Below are positions 1 through 11,255 of a stretch of 64,000 nucleotides of DNA, piece after piece. Positions within the stretch are counted from its first letter, which is position 1. Every line of letters starts with the position of its first letter. The stretch lies in contig CBFFRQ010000057.1 in assembly GCA_965644315.1 (NCBI GenBank), positions 558,001 through 622,000 on the forward strand, in the 5' to 3' direction. Both the position numbers and the translations under genes were made by a program. This stretch comes from Caecitellus pseudoparvulus (Eukaryota; Protista; Bigyra: Bicosoecida). Under the pieces are notes generated by a model that saw only the letters and a list, made by a program, of their open reading frames with translations, was not told where the DNA came from and searched no databases.

Positions 1-960
1 TGGCAGAGTTCATTGCCCGGCGTCGCTGTGCCAGTGGGGGCGCCCCCCTGTCCTTGACCAGCCTGCGCGAGGGTGCAGCAATGTGCATGGATGCATGGAG
101 AATGGAGGCCCTGAAGGTTGCACACAGTCCTCAAGTGCCGTTGACTGTGCCGGAAGGCAGTCCCAAGGCCCCCTCGGGCGGCAGGCTTGTTCGTGCCAAA
201 GAGCTGGTGCCCGCGCTGGCCATGCTTTCACCGTCACCGCCCAGGAGGCGGGTGGGCAACGCTGGCTTCTCGTGGCAGGCAGGGAGTGTAACGTCTAGAG
301 CGCCAGTCAGGCCGGGCAAGGACGAATGTGGAGCGCCTCAACTGCCTTGTGATGTGGGTGCCACGGCGGACGTCACCCAGAACTCAGACATTTCCTGGGC
401 AGTAAGCTCGACACGCAGCAGTAGGTGCTTGTCTTCTTGCTCTCATATCTCCAATGTGATGCAGGGGCATGACAAGGAGGACGTTGACTCCCCAGGAAGC
501 CCGGCCTTGATGTTCTTGTAGCCGTGGCCTCTCTGCGCGCTGGTGCGATTGGCAATGTGTCGATGTGCAGCATGCGCATGCAGGCAATGCACTTTGTCCA
601 GAGCGAGCGTGTGCGTACATCTGAGACTCTGTGGCTGGGAATGAGGGGTGCTTCGCCGGCGTTGCCTGTCTTCTTGAACGCGTTGAAAGCAAGGCTGCGC
701 TGATGCATGCCTGAGCACAGCACGTAATCGTGACTGTGGAACAATTCGCAAGCTCATGGTGGCAATTGGATTTCCCACACAGGCGGCGCTAGTGTCCGAG
801 CATCCCTTCCGCATGGTTGCAGGCCGACTCCCACCCCATCGCCGAGCCAGCCATAGTCCGCAGCATCACTGCCTCCTGCGACAGCGAGCATCTGCCGAGG
901 CTCGCCCAGCTCCGGCTGACCAGGAGCACTCGCCCAACCACCCCGTACAGCAGCCTCTCC

Positions 961-3900
961 ATGTCTCTTGTTTCGTTTGCAGACACCCTAGGCAAGGGGG
1001 GTGAGTGCTCGCTGGCGTTGGGCCGCTCAACGGCAGCTGCCAAGTCCACGCCTGCCTTGAACGCCTGCACACGCCACCATTGCCCACGCAGACACTCGTG
1101 CACGGCTGAAAGTAATTGGGGAAATCGTAGGGCACTTCGAGCAGCATGACATTTTCATGGTGAGCCTGCCCGTGGGGTGCAGCCCTTGCCTGCGTCAAGT
1201 GCATTTCCCCGCCTGAGAAAGCACAGGATGGAGATTGCCATGACCTCCTGCTGCGCCTATGCGAGTCAGTCAACGACAACAACCCCAAGGTTGCATCAGG
1301 TGCAGTGTCATCCCTCCAACTAGCTGTTGAGCAGGTAAGCAAGGCGCAGGTCTGCCTGCTCCATTTTCCGCACACACGCTTCGGATTCACACACCCCGCT
1401 CCTCTCAGCTGGGGGCAGAAGTGGCACCCTTGAAGAACACTATGATTGATGCACTACTTACAGCCACCGGAAGCCAGAGAGAAACCGTCCGTGATGGGTC
1501 CTTGGAAGTCCTCATCTCGCTCATGCTGGCTCTCGGCATTCCCAGTGTGGTGGACGCCCGCTTCCGTGACCTGCACCGCTCTTCCAACATGAACTTGAGG
1601 GAGCAGCTGGCAGTGCTTTATGCCCGCATGTTGTTTGACGTCGTGCCCACGCTGGGAGATGGCCCCGCTGGGAACTTCGACTTCGGGCTTGTGCAGCGGC
1701 AGTGCGTGTCTCTTCTCTCGGACGGGGCATCGCGTGTGCGCGAGGCTGCGCTGGACGCCTTGGCCGTCATGACTGCCATGTACGGAGACGATATTGTGCA
1801 GCAGTTGCAAGGGGCGGGCGTCCGGCAGAGCCACTTGCAGACTGTGCAGCAGCGCGCAGCCGAGCTGCGGGAGGGCGAGGAGGAGGACGTTGCTCAGCCC
1901 GCCGCTGCTGCCGCTGCAGCAGCCTCCGCACCCCAGTTCCAACACGCCACGCTCCCCCCTGCAGCTTACGGACGCGCAGACCCCACTCCAGATTCCGAGC
2001 ACCCCTCCTCCACTGGTCGACGCGCCTTTCATGGGCTGGCGTCAGGCGCAGCGGATGGCGCCGTCTCGCCAGTTGAGGTGCCCCCTGCCGGCAGGGGACA
2101 CTTTGCCACACTGGGCGGCACCGGCGGTGCATTGGCGGCCTCGACTTCCGCAGCAGAGGGCGCCACTGCCGGCGCTGCGGAAGCTGTCTTGTCACAGCAG
2201 CACTGTGGGCCTTTCTGGCGCCCGGGCGTGCTGGGCTTCAGCACTGAGTTGGTGGGCACTGCCAAGCCCCTGGCCCTTACGCGCCCCGCCCAGCTACAGG
2301 ACATCCTGGACACAGCAGGCAGCACCCTGGCCAGCATCAGCCTGGACTGGAAGGCCCGCCTCAAGTCCCTGGAAGCGTTGCGCGGCCTGGTGTCGGGGGG
2401 CGTGCACCGCCATGAGACGCTGGGTCCGATGCTCCTGGCGGGCATCCGCGCAATGCGGGCATCCCTGGGCGTGCAAACTGGCGATCTCCGCTCTTCCATT
2501 GTGAAAGCGGCCTGCCTCACCATCGCAGAGCTGTCAGCTGCGTACACAGCGGAGTTCGAGGGCGTGGCTGAGGCACTTGTCGCGCCCTTGCTCAAGGGGG
2601 TAGTGGTCACGAAGGAAGTCATCAGCCACTCCTGCCACGCCGCCCTGGCTTCCCTTCTGCACAACACGGTGTCAGGCTTCCCCCGTGTCGTGCCTCGCCT
2701 GGTAACTGGCGTGGGTGCCCGCCACCACGAGAAGCGCCGCCGCGCGGGGACGTACCTGGCGCAGATCCTGCGGGGCTGGTCCACACCGTGTCTGGCCCGC
2801 CACACTCACGCACTGGCGGCCGCCATCGCCGCTCTGGCTGAGGACGCAGACGGGGAAGCGCGCGCCTGCGGTCGCATCGCCTTCTGGTCCTTCTTGGAGC
2901 ACTTCCCCGACCAAGGCGACGCTGTGCTGGGGTCTCTCACTGCTGCGACTCAAGAGTACGTGCAAGGTGCGCATGACGAGGCCGTGAGAGCTGCCGCAGC
3001 AGCATTGCGGGAGCCCGTCGTCCCGCTTCCCGGGCAGTCTGCCACTTCTGGCACGTGGCGTGCCAAGGGCGCTGCTGGCGGAGCACCTGCTAGGGGCAGT
3101 CGCCCCCCGACTAGGGGCGGGCTGTCAGCAACGCTGGGTGGCGCGCCCCCCCCCCGCGCAGCAACCGCCCGGAACCTGCTTCAGGGAGGCACGTTCAGCT
3201 CCTCTAGCAGTCGAGCCAGCAGTGCCTCCAGGGAGGCCCAGCCTGCCGTGCCGTCCGCCCGTGCCCCCTCTGCACCCAAGCCAACAGCCGAGCCCTACAC
3301 CGTGCCACCCAGGGCTCCCGTGTATAGCGCCCCTGCACCTTCAGCACAGCTGTCCAAGCAAGCCAGCGCCCCGTCCCTCCTTGAAGCGACGGCAGGCCAG
3401 TCTTTAAGCCCAGCTGCCGCGGGCAGTCCGCGGGCTGCAAGCAGCGAAGCTCTCCGAGTAGCTCGGAGCGGCAGCGCGGACAAGGCAGCTGCCCTGGCGA
3501 CTCTCTTGCAAGCAATCGAAGGGGGTGAAGCAGCTTCGCTTCCTGCTCAAGATACTGGCCTTGTGCTGGCAGGTCTCCTGTCCTCCTCAGACTCAGGGCT
3601 TGCATCGCAGGCAGCGAGTGTGTTGCAGGCGTGGGTCAGGGCTGCACCGGAAGCTGCAGCAGGCGTGCTGTGTGTGAGCGACGGAGCTCCCTCAGCGACA
3701 CTGCAGCAGATCCTCGCAGGGGTACTGAAGCGGCAGTCTCGCGGCGAGGAGGGCTTTGCGTCCGTGTTGCCTGCTTTGCAGTCCTCGGTGGGTGTCCGCG
3801 TCATTCTGCCTGCGCTGCTGTCCTTGGCGGCGCTGGACCCCACAGGCCTGGCATCCCCTGCACTGCAAGGCGTTACAGACATCGCTGCCAGTGCAGAAGG

Positions 3901-5803
3901 GCAGGCGTTCTTTGGCGTGGGGGGGGCGGGCGTTCCTGCGGCCCCGCGAAAGGAGGCGGCCTCCCACCTGGGCGCCACGGTGCGGCAGCTCAGCAAGGTC
4001 CTGGCAGGAGCACAGGCAGCAGGCGAAGCTGGTGAGCGGTCCACTGCGGCCCTAGCGTCTTCGGTCCTTGCCCCCCTGCGTTCGCTTCTGGCAGACTTGT
4101 TCAACCTGTCTCCCCGCCCCTTCTCGGCAGCGGTGTCACGTCTCCCGCCTCCAGCCCAGACAGCCATCAGTTCCTTCCTTGCATCCTCTTGTCCCGCCCT
4201 CCCACAAGCCCTCTTGGCTCACTCCCGCACTGCCTCAGCTGCCGCATTCGTCCAGGGTGCGCACGACCTTGCAGCCGACGTGTTCAGGCCAACAGCCCCC
4301 GCACCCGCACCCGCACCAGCTCCTGCCCCAGCTCCTGCCCCAGATCCCGCACCAGCAGCGATCGGTGCCCAGCGGATTCCCCCCTCCACGAATGGTCCAC
4401 ATGTTGCGAGTTCTGTCCCCGACATTTCACCTGTGCAATCAGCGGGGCCAGGGCCTGCGCTTGGTCGCAGTCTGAGTGGTTTCCACGCCCAGCTCGGCCC
4501 CGCTGGTGCATCGCACAGTGGAGCCGGGCACGTTTTGTCACCTTCCCCCGTCGTCACAACATCGACAGCCAAGCGAGGTGTGGTGCGCGGCAGTGGACGG
4601 GCCAGCCCACCAAGTTTCGGCCCCCCACGAGGCAGTCAGCGAGAACAAGCAGCAGCCCCGCTCGCGATGCCGGCAGCCAGCCCACCCCCACCATCGATAG
4701 GTACTAGGTCTCACGTTCCTCCTCAAGGCATGCCCACTTCTTCACCTCAGCGCCAAGCCACGCAGGGGTCGCATCAGGCGGGGACTCGGCGCGAACCTGG
4801 CAGCGGGCAGACCCCTCCTCACTCGCCCGTGAGCAGGGCAGCAGCGGCAGACAGAGGCCACTTTAAAGGGCAGGCGTCAGTGCACTCGTCAAGCGCGCGG
4901 AAGCCCCATACAGCGGATGGGTACCTCCCAGCTGGACCCAGCGCATCGCAAGGTGATGCTGGCGCCAGGCCCAGCACTGCAGTCCTGTGCCAGGCAGCTT
5001 CCGTGGCAGGCAGCGCGGCGAAACAGCGAAGGATGACTGCGCTGGGGGAGCTGGCAAAACTGGCTGCTTCCACAACTTCCAGTGCCGACCAGGAGTGGGC
5101 GACACACCACACGGACATCGTGTCTGCATTGCTTGCGGTGATCGCTGGAGCCAGCGCCGGGCCCGAGGCCTTCACTGCTGCCGATTGCCACTCCGCCTTG
5201 GCAGCCTTGCGGCGCATGGCGCGGAGCAGGCCTCGGTACGCTGTGGAGCACTTTCAAGGCGCCCTGCAGCACCTCGTTGCGGTGGGAGCCTTTGCGCCCC
5301 TTCCGCGTGATGTCCTGGCAGCCGCGCACCGGACGGCAGCGGAGCTGGCTCAGGCGGTGGCACAGCAAGAATCCTCCGTCACCCTCTCCTGCCTCGTGGA
5401 CGTGTTGTGTGCATTCGAACGGGGCACGGGAGAAGCCACTTCAGGCGGTGATCACGGCGCAAGCGTGGCCAAGGCGGTGGCAGGACTGAAGGTGCTTCGT
5501 TCCCTAGTTGCAGCATCACCCGCTGTCGTCACACGGGCTGCGCTCCTGAACACGGCAACTTCCCCAGTGTTCCTGTCAGGGGTGCGCAATGCTTTCTTAT
5601 CCACAGCCAGTGAGTTGCGCAAGAACCTCACCCTCACCTTGGCAGACATCGCCCTGGCCTTGGGCACGGAGGCCCATCCCACCGACTCTGGCTTGAGGTG
5701 CTGCCCAGCCCTGGATGGGGCGCTGCAGGCGTACCTGACTGCATCCCAGGTCAAGCTTGTGCGCATCTACATCCACAAGCACGCCTCAGCTAAAGGAAAA
5801 TGA
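961..5803 (+). CDS. CLASP: CLASP family microtubule-associated TOG/HEAT-repeat protein (spliced; introns at about 1001-1090, 1160-1226, 1335-1408)
   Basis: Spliced N-terminus reads MSLVSFADTLGKGDTRARLKV...VNDNNPKVAS (TOG1-like). The TOG2 signature is WKARLKSLEALRGLV...DLRSSIVKAACLTIAELS...LAEDADGEARACGR. An S/P/R-rich linker and a C-terminal helical domain follow. Introns 1160-1226 and 1335-1408 were checked to keep frame into ORF 1421..5803. Confidence 0.85.
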
Positions 5804-5832
5804 TGCCCAATGCAAGGTGTTCAGTCGCAAGC

Positions 5833-8800
5833 TCACGAGTTTGCGCCAGCAGCGTCCAGGTCGACTTTGCCGGCCACTGCCGCAGCCATGGCTGCAGCAC
5901 GGGCTGCTCGCCTGCTGTTGCTGCTATACGTGCGTCTCGCGCTACCAAACACGCCATCTGCGAGCGAGGCTGTGCCTTTGCGCAGGACAGGCGTCACGGC
6001 CTCCCGGCTGCTGCTCCGGCCGCCAGCGCTGGGGGTGGTTGTGGTGCTGTGGCTTTGCCTGATTGCTGACCGATTGGCGGATCCAGCGGTACTGCTTGCA
6101 GAGGAAGGGGGCGACACCAAGGCAAGCCAAGCTGCTCGACCACGTGCAGCGGAGGATGCCTTCGACCTTGACACGGGCTGCAGAGCTGGCGTGGGCACAG
6201 AGAGGGGGGAAGTGTGAGTGGCAGTGCGCCTCGAGATCTTGGCTGGCGTGCCACTGGAAGCCCCTGGCGAGTGACCCACTTCCCGCACAGGGGACGAGGC
6301 ATCCTCTTGACTCGACAAGTGAACAGCCAGCTGCGTAGCGTGGCGGGCACGGCTGCTGCCACGAGAGGGAAAGGGCACCGGCCCAGGTCGACGTCTGCCC
6401 GGACTGGATTCCCCTCTGCCATGTGGCCGCTTGGGTCCCCTGCGCCTCCCCGCATCGGAGGGCACCACCACAGGCGCAGGACTATCGGCCGCCCCCTTTT
6501 CAGGTGATCCACTGCTCGGAGAGGCTCCCCGGGTCTCCACGCCACGTGCGGTGGCGTTCGCCTTGGGCGCAGCTGGGGATGGCAATGCTACGTCTGCGTG
6601 TCCTGGTGAAGGGGATTCAGCTGCTTGACTGGTGGCAGAGATTGGTAAGGTTGCTGCCACAACTGGATGCTTGGCAGGGGCGCCCGGACCCGGGCTGCGA
6701 GTGGGTTCCGGTCGCTCGGAGACAGGCGCCCTCACGGGTGCGGCAACAGGCACGGCCACAGGCATCGCAGAGTCGGAGGCAGGAAGGCCAGTCGGCTCGG
6801 AGAAGGACGTGGAAAGAACGACACTTCTAACTGGTGAAGAATTAGCAGCTTCACTGCTTTGTTGCAATTGCGGCTGGCTTGGCTCTGGCGCCTTGCTGGT
6901 TTTCGGAGTGTTTGCCTGTGGGCAGGCATTGGGCTTGGCCTGCTGAGCAGACGGTTGAGCACGTTCTCTGCTCAGCCACGCGGGCTCACTTTGCGATGGC
7001 ACCAACGCAGCCTCGCGAGTACCAAGCCAGGCTTGCGAAGAGGTCATAGCTCTTGCTTCGCATACGTCAGAATCGACGTTTGTGGTACCAGACTCGCATT
7101 CGGAGGCGGGGGCCGGAGTGGGTGCTGGTTCCACTTCAAGCCCTTTCACCACGCCAGCTATACGTGTGAGGACTTCTTCAGTCAGAACACCCGCAGAGCT
7201 TTGCAGGCGCACGAAGGATTTCAACGTGGTGGCCAACGCCAAGGAGGCATCGCCAGGGCAACGCTGAGCCCGAAGCGCCTGTGACGTGGCACCCAACACA
7301 TGAGCCGAGACATCTGCGGAGTGCTTGGTTGTACATGAAATCAACAGTGCAAGGTAAGCCCCAGCTACGACATCTTGGGCCGACACGCCCTGCGACGCTG
7401 CGCTGCTTGCGTCAGCACTTTGCGCAGGGGACGCGGGCATGTCATCCAGCATGTGTCGGAGCTGTGCATACCGTGCAGCGAAAGGCTCCACAAGGAGGGA
7501 AACCCACCGAGCACCAGGCGACGAAATGCCGCCGGGAGTGGCGCTGCTGTGTCCTGCGTGCACGGGTGGTGTCACAGACAGGCTGCCCCCATCCGGGCCA
7601 AATGCCAACGCAGACTGCAGAGGCGGGCACTGCTCTACCAAGTTCGTGACTGCCACCGCACATGTGATGAGCACGTCGAAGGCGTCGGATCGCTTGGCAG
7701 TAGCCCCAGGCTTGGAGCCGTGATCCCCAGAAGCGGGCAAGGTGGCCGCGCTGGCGGTCGCTAAGGCAGTCATGACCGTTGCTAAACCCGGCCAGCGACG
7801 ACCCAGGGCGCCTTCATCAGGGGACACGTGCAGCATTGAGAGCTCGCCCTGGCCAGGCGTGTCCGGGCCACGTGCTCGAGGCTTGCGCAGGACCGCCGGA
7901 GCAGCGGAGGCGATGGCCCGCGCTGCTACGGGGTTCTCGTTGGCCATGTTCACAAGCACGCGCATAGCATGCAGTGCCAGGCCCGTAGAGGCACGAAAGG
8001 CACTAGTTGAAGAGCCTGAGCGGTGCAGCTGGTAGGGGATAGCCAAGATCAAGGATGCGAGGGGCAAGTTCTGGGTCAGAGCCACTGGGGCGGACACCTC
8101 AGAAATGCTGTGCGTCTGCCCTGGAGGCACCCACTCACAGGCACCTGGGGCGCTGGTGCTTTGTACCATGGACATTTGACTTGCCTCACCGTCCTGCAAC
8201 AGCTGTTCCAGGCAGCACAGCAGCAGCACAGCAGCGGCAGGGGTGCTGGGTGAGTCCTGGCCGCCGTCTAGCAGGAGGAGCTTCAACAGGCGCCGCAGGA
8301 CAGCAGCCAGCACCGCCACACCGCGCACGCCCATGACGACCTTGCGAGCAGCGCGCACCGCAGAGACGTATGAAGATGCCACTGCCGTGACTTGCGCTGG
8401 GCCTGTCTGGCTTTGAGCGGCGCCGGACGTCGCCCTGGCAGCAGCCTGCAGGTGCCTGTCAGGCACGTCCAGCACAGCTAGACAGCGCAGCAGCGACAAG
8501 AGGAGGAGTTGGGTGACCAGTGGCCAACTCAGCTCACTGCCCGCCTGTGGGGACAGGTGGCTGGACAGAGCAGCGTCCATGCCGCCAACTGACACAGGCA
8601 CGGCGACTGAGGGGTCCACTGGACCTGCCTCTCGTCTGCGGTGCTGAGGAGGCTGTGTCCGGGTCCAGAATGCCGCCCATGCATCCTTCAGCTGCTGATC
8701 AGCCTCGCGCGCAGGCGCTGGACCTTGCTGGCAGCCTCCGGCTCGAGATGGGCTACCGTGAGCGGCGCTGGCCGGGCGTGCTCGCTTGCGGAAGCGACTT

Positions 8801-9522
8801 AGCCGAGGCCTCGGCTGGGTCTTCGCGCATTCTGCAGCGTTGGGTTCGTTTGCGCGCTCCGAAGAGGCAGGTTGCTCTTCCCCATCCTCCTGCCATGTGC
8901 GTGCTGTGATGACTGCGTCCCGGGTGGCGAGCAGCAGCAGGCGAATGAAGGCCCGTGTGCAGTGCTGCACGGCCATGGGGCTGCAAGTGACACAGTAGCT
9001 GATGACTGCGAGGGCGCGGACATCGCTTGGCTGCAGTGGCTGCACGTGCTTCCAAGTGGACCCACCTCGACCACGCAAGGCCTGGGAGGCGGCCCGGACA
9101 ACCATGCTCAAGGAGTCCGCACGCCGCATCAGCCCTGGCGCCTCCCGGCACAGCAGCTGCCGGGCAAGGGAGGGGAGAGATCCAGGGCCCTGCCTGCCAC
9201 CAGTCAAATTATCGCACGCAAACCGGAGGTCGTCCAGGGCAGCTGCGTGCTTCCCGCTGGCCTGCAGCAAAGCTGCACCGGCTGCGGGCATGTCCGTAGC
9301 TGCGGCTTCCGGTTGCTGGCCTTCACCTGCAGCGCTCAATATTCCATGCAGCGTGCCACCAACGAGACTGGAGTAGCCCCTTCTGGCTTGTTGGGGCGCA
9401 TTCTGTGCTGTACTTTGCCCTCGAGCTGAAGTGTCGGGTTCAATTTCCGCAGGGTGCGCGGGCCTCGCGACGGCTCTTCCTGGCGACCGCGCGTGCCGGG
9501 AGTACGTCTGCAGGGAAGCCAT
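5833..9522 (-). CDS. WAPL: WAPL (wings apart-like) cohesin release factor
   Basis: N-terminal TYSR motif. WAPL-domain landmarks in order: LDDLRFACDNL, AMRVLVNMANENP, FDVLITCAVAVTNLVEQCP, VVAGAYLALLISC. A long disordered C-terminal tail follows. Confidence 0.72.
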   Translation of the reverse strand: MASLQTYSRHARSPGRAVARPAHPAEIEPDTSARGQSTAQNAPQQARRGYSSLVGGTLHGILSAAGEGQQPEAAATDMPAAGAALLQASGKHAAALDDLRFACDNLTGGRQGPGSLPSLARQLLCREAPGLMRRADSLSMVVRAASQALRGRGGSTWKHVQPLQPSDVRALAVISYCVTCSPMAVQHCTRAFIRLLLLATRDAVITARTWQEDGEEQPASSERANEPNAAECAKTQPRPRLSRFRKRARPASAAHGSPSRAGGCQQGPAPAREADQQLKDAWAAFWTRTQPPQHRRREAGPVDPSVAVPVSVGGMDAALSSHLSPQAGSELSWPLVTQLLLLSLLRCLAVLDVPDRHLQAAARATSGAAQSQTGPAQVTAVASSYVSAVRAARKVVMGVRGVAVLAAVLRRLLKLLLLDGGQDSPSTPAAAVLLLCCLEQLLQDGEASQMSMVQSTSAPGACEWVPPGQTHSISEVSAPVALTQNLPLASLILAIPYQLHRSGSSTSAFRASTGLALHAMRVLVNMANENPVAARAIASAAPAVLRKPRARGPDTPGQGELSMLHVSPDEGALGRRWPGLATVMTALATASAATLPASGDHGSKPGATAKRSDAFDVLITCAVAVTNLVEQCPPLQSALAFGPDGGSLSVTPPVHAGHSSATPGGISSPGARWVSLLVEPFAARYAQLRHMLDDMPASPAQSADASSAASQGVSAQDVVAGAYLALLISCTTKHSADVSAHVLGATSQALRAQRCPGDASLALATTLKSFVRLQSSAGVLTEEVLTRIAGVVKGLEVEPAPTPAPASECESGTTNVDSDVCEARAMTSSQAWLGTREAALVPSQSEPAWLSRERAQPSAQQAKPNACPQANTPKTSKAPEPSQPQLQQSSEAANSSPVRSVVLSTSFSEPTGLPASDSAMPVAVPVAAPVRAPVSERPEPTRSPGPGAPAKHPVVAATLPISATSQAAESPSPGHADVALPSPAAPKANATARGVETRGASPSSGSPEKGAADSPAPVVVPSDAGRRRGPKRPHGRGESSPGRRRPGPVPFPSRGSSRARHATQLAVHLSSQEDASSPVREVGHSPGASSGTPAKISRRTATHTSPLSVPTPALQPVSRSKASSAARGRAAWLALVSPPSSASSTAGSANRSAIRQSHSTTTTPSAGGRSSSREAVTPVLRKGTASLADGVFGSARRTYSSNSRRAARAAAMAAAVAGKVDLDAAGANS

Positions 9523-9832
9523 AGGTGCCTGAACACACACGAATCCTACCTCTCGACCTGCACGTGAATTGCGCGATTCCCCAGGGGCGATGGTCGATTC
9601 AAATGGTCTGCGCAGGTGTTGCGCACTTGCGAGGCAGCCTCTTGCCAGGGCAACGGAACTCTAAGGAGGCGGCAAGGCCTTCATGCATCAATGGAGCAAT
9701 GGAAGGGCAGACGTTTCACTCAGGCGAGGTCATTCTTATCCGCTGGATCTTACACTATTGGGTGTGGGGTGAGGTTTGGCCCGCAGATGAGAGTGTCAAG
9801 AGTTGCTGGCTTCACTGGACATGGTACTGGCT

Positions 9833-11010
9833 TCAGGCTGCGCCTTCCAGCAAGTCCAGGATAGCAGGCGTGACAGAAGCACGCCGGAGACCCCGAGCCA
9901 GCAAAAAGTACTCCGCTGAGTCGGACCTGCTTGAGGCAGGCTTGAGCCTTTTGACGCGTTTGAACGTGCGTTGCAGGGCGTTCATGAAGGACACGTCACG
10001 AGCGCCCTGCCGCAGCTTCACGAGCAGGCTGCCATCACGGCGCAGGTGGGCAAAGGCAAACTTCACTGCTGTTGCCCCCAAGTCTGCCTGCAGACTGTGG
10101 TCCTCTCGAGAACTGCCCGTGAACGAGTGTGCCATGTCGGAAAGCACGACGTCGGCTTGGCCGCCCCGAAGGTACTGCGCCACAAGCGCCTGAACTACAG
10201 GTCTAGTAAAGTCACCAACAACCCGCAGTACACCTGGGAGGGCTGCCATGGCCAGCAAGTCCACGCTGATGACCCTGGAGCGTGCTACGCAGCGTGGAGC
10301 GCGTGGAAGCTGCGGGCCAATACCTACGAAAGGCTGCTTCAGCGCCTCAGGTTTCACACGTATGGAGTGAGAAGTATTGAAAGATAACGGGTTCAGGACA
10401 GAGGCCCGCCTTTTGGACTGGCTTTCCGCACTATGTTGCTGGTGTGCCTGCATGGCGGCCTGCACCTGGGCTTGCACCGGGTCAGGTGGGCTGTCCGCTT
10501 GGGGCGCTGACTCAGCAAGCACTTTGCGGGCGCGAACAGCTAGGACCTCCCATTCCGGCGGCAGCGGGTCTGCTGGCACTCGGATGCTCGGCAGCTCTTC
10601 AGCGCCACTGCGCACGAGCGATGCCGCCACTTGTGCCCAACCCCCAGGGGCACCGCCAAGATCCAGAACATGCATGCCTGGCTTCAAGAATCGATGCTGC
10701 TCATTGATTTCCTTCAGTTTGAAAGCAGCCCTTGACCGGTAGCCTTCGTCCAGTGCCTGAGGCAAGAGCAGCAGGCCTGCGGAATCCGCTTCGCTCAAAC
10801 CACTGGCTGCCTCCGCACCTGCTTCACGTATGTATCCTGCCTATGGCGTCGAAGCCATGCAGCAGAGGAAGTGGAAAAGAAAGAAGTCACGAGGTTTGAG
10901 CTGAGGTGTCTCTGCGCCCTGCAGCGTGCGATTCGCTGCCCAACCCGGCTGCGCATGTTGCGAGTTGCCTGGCTTCGCAAGGCTTGTCTCGCTGCTGCGG
11001 GTGCGGCCAT
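9833..11010 (-). CDS. MRM2: RlmE/FtsJ family rRNA 2'-O-methyltransferase, probably mitochondrial MRM2 (spliced)
   Basis: SSAAWLRRHRQDTYVKQ | intron | ALDEGYRSRAAFKLKEI..VLDLGGAPGGWAQV..VLSDMA..LLVKL..KPASSRSDSAEYFLL gives the K-D-K-E tetrad. The Arg/Ala-rich N-terminus resembles a presequence. A long insertion lies after the SAM-binding motif. Confidence 0.88.
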
Positions 11011-11255
11011 CCTGAGTCGGGCTGCAGCAATCCAGAGAGCAAGGTGCACCCAAGATTTTCTTAGAACCACGAGAGGACACCCTCCCCCCACAGCATCTGT
11101 GGAAGTGCAGTTTTGCTCCCTCTGCGACGCTGCAGAGAGTTTCTGTGCCTTGCTCAAAATCATCGAGGTACCCGTATACGAAGTCAGGCCGAGCCGGGGC
11201 TCAGGCCGTGAACTAGCTTCTACAGTAGGCTGTCTGGTTTCTGGCCTTCTCCAGC

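Noticed and set aside
1-960. Possible small spliced gene on the minus strand, divergent from CLASP
   Set aside because: Intron-like GT..AG segments and short ORFs exist, but I could not assemble a recognisable protein.
4295-4355. PAPAPA-encoding short repeat in CLASP and similar Pro/Ala or Met/Pro tracts elsewhere
   Set aside because: Ordinary low-complexity linkers.
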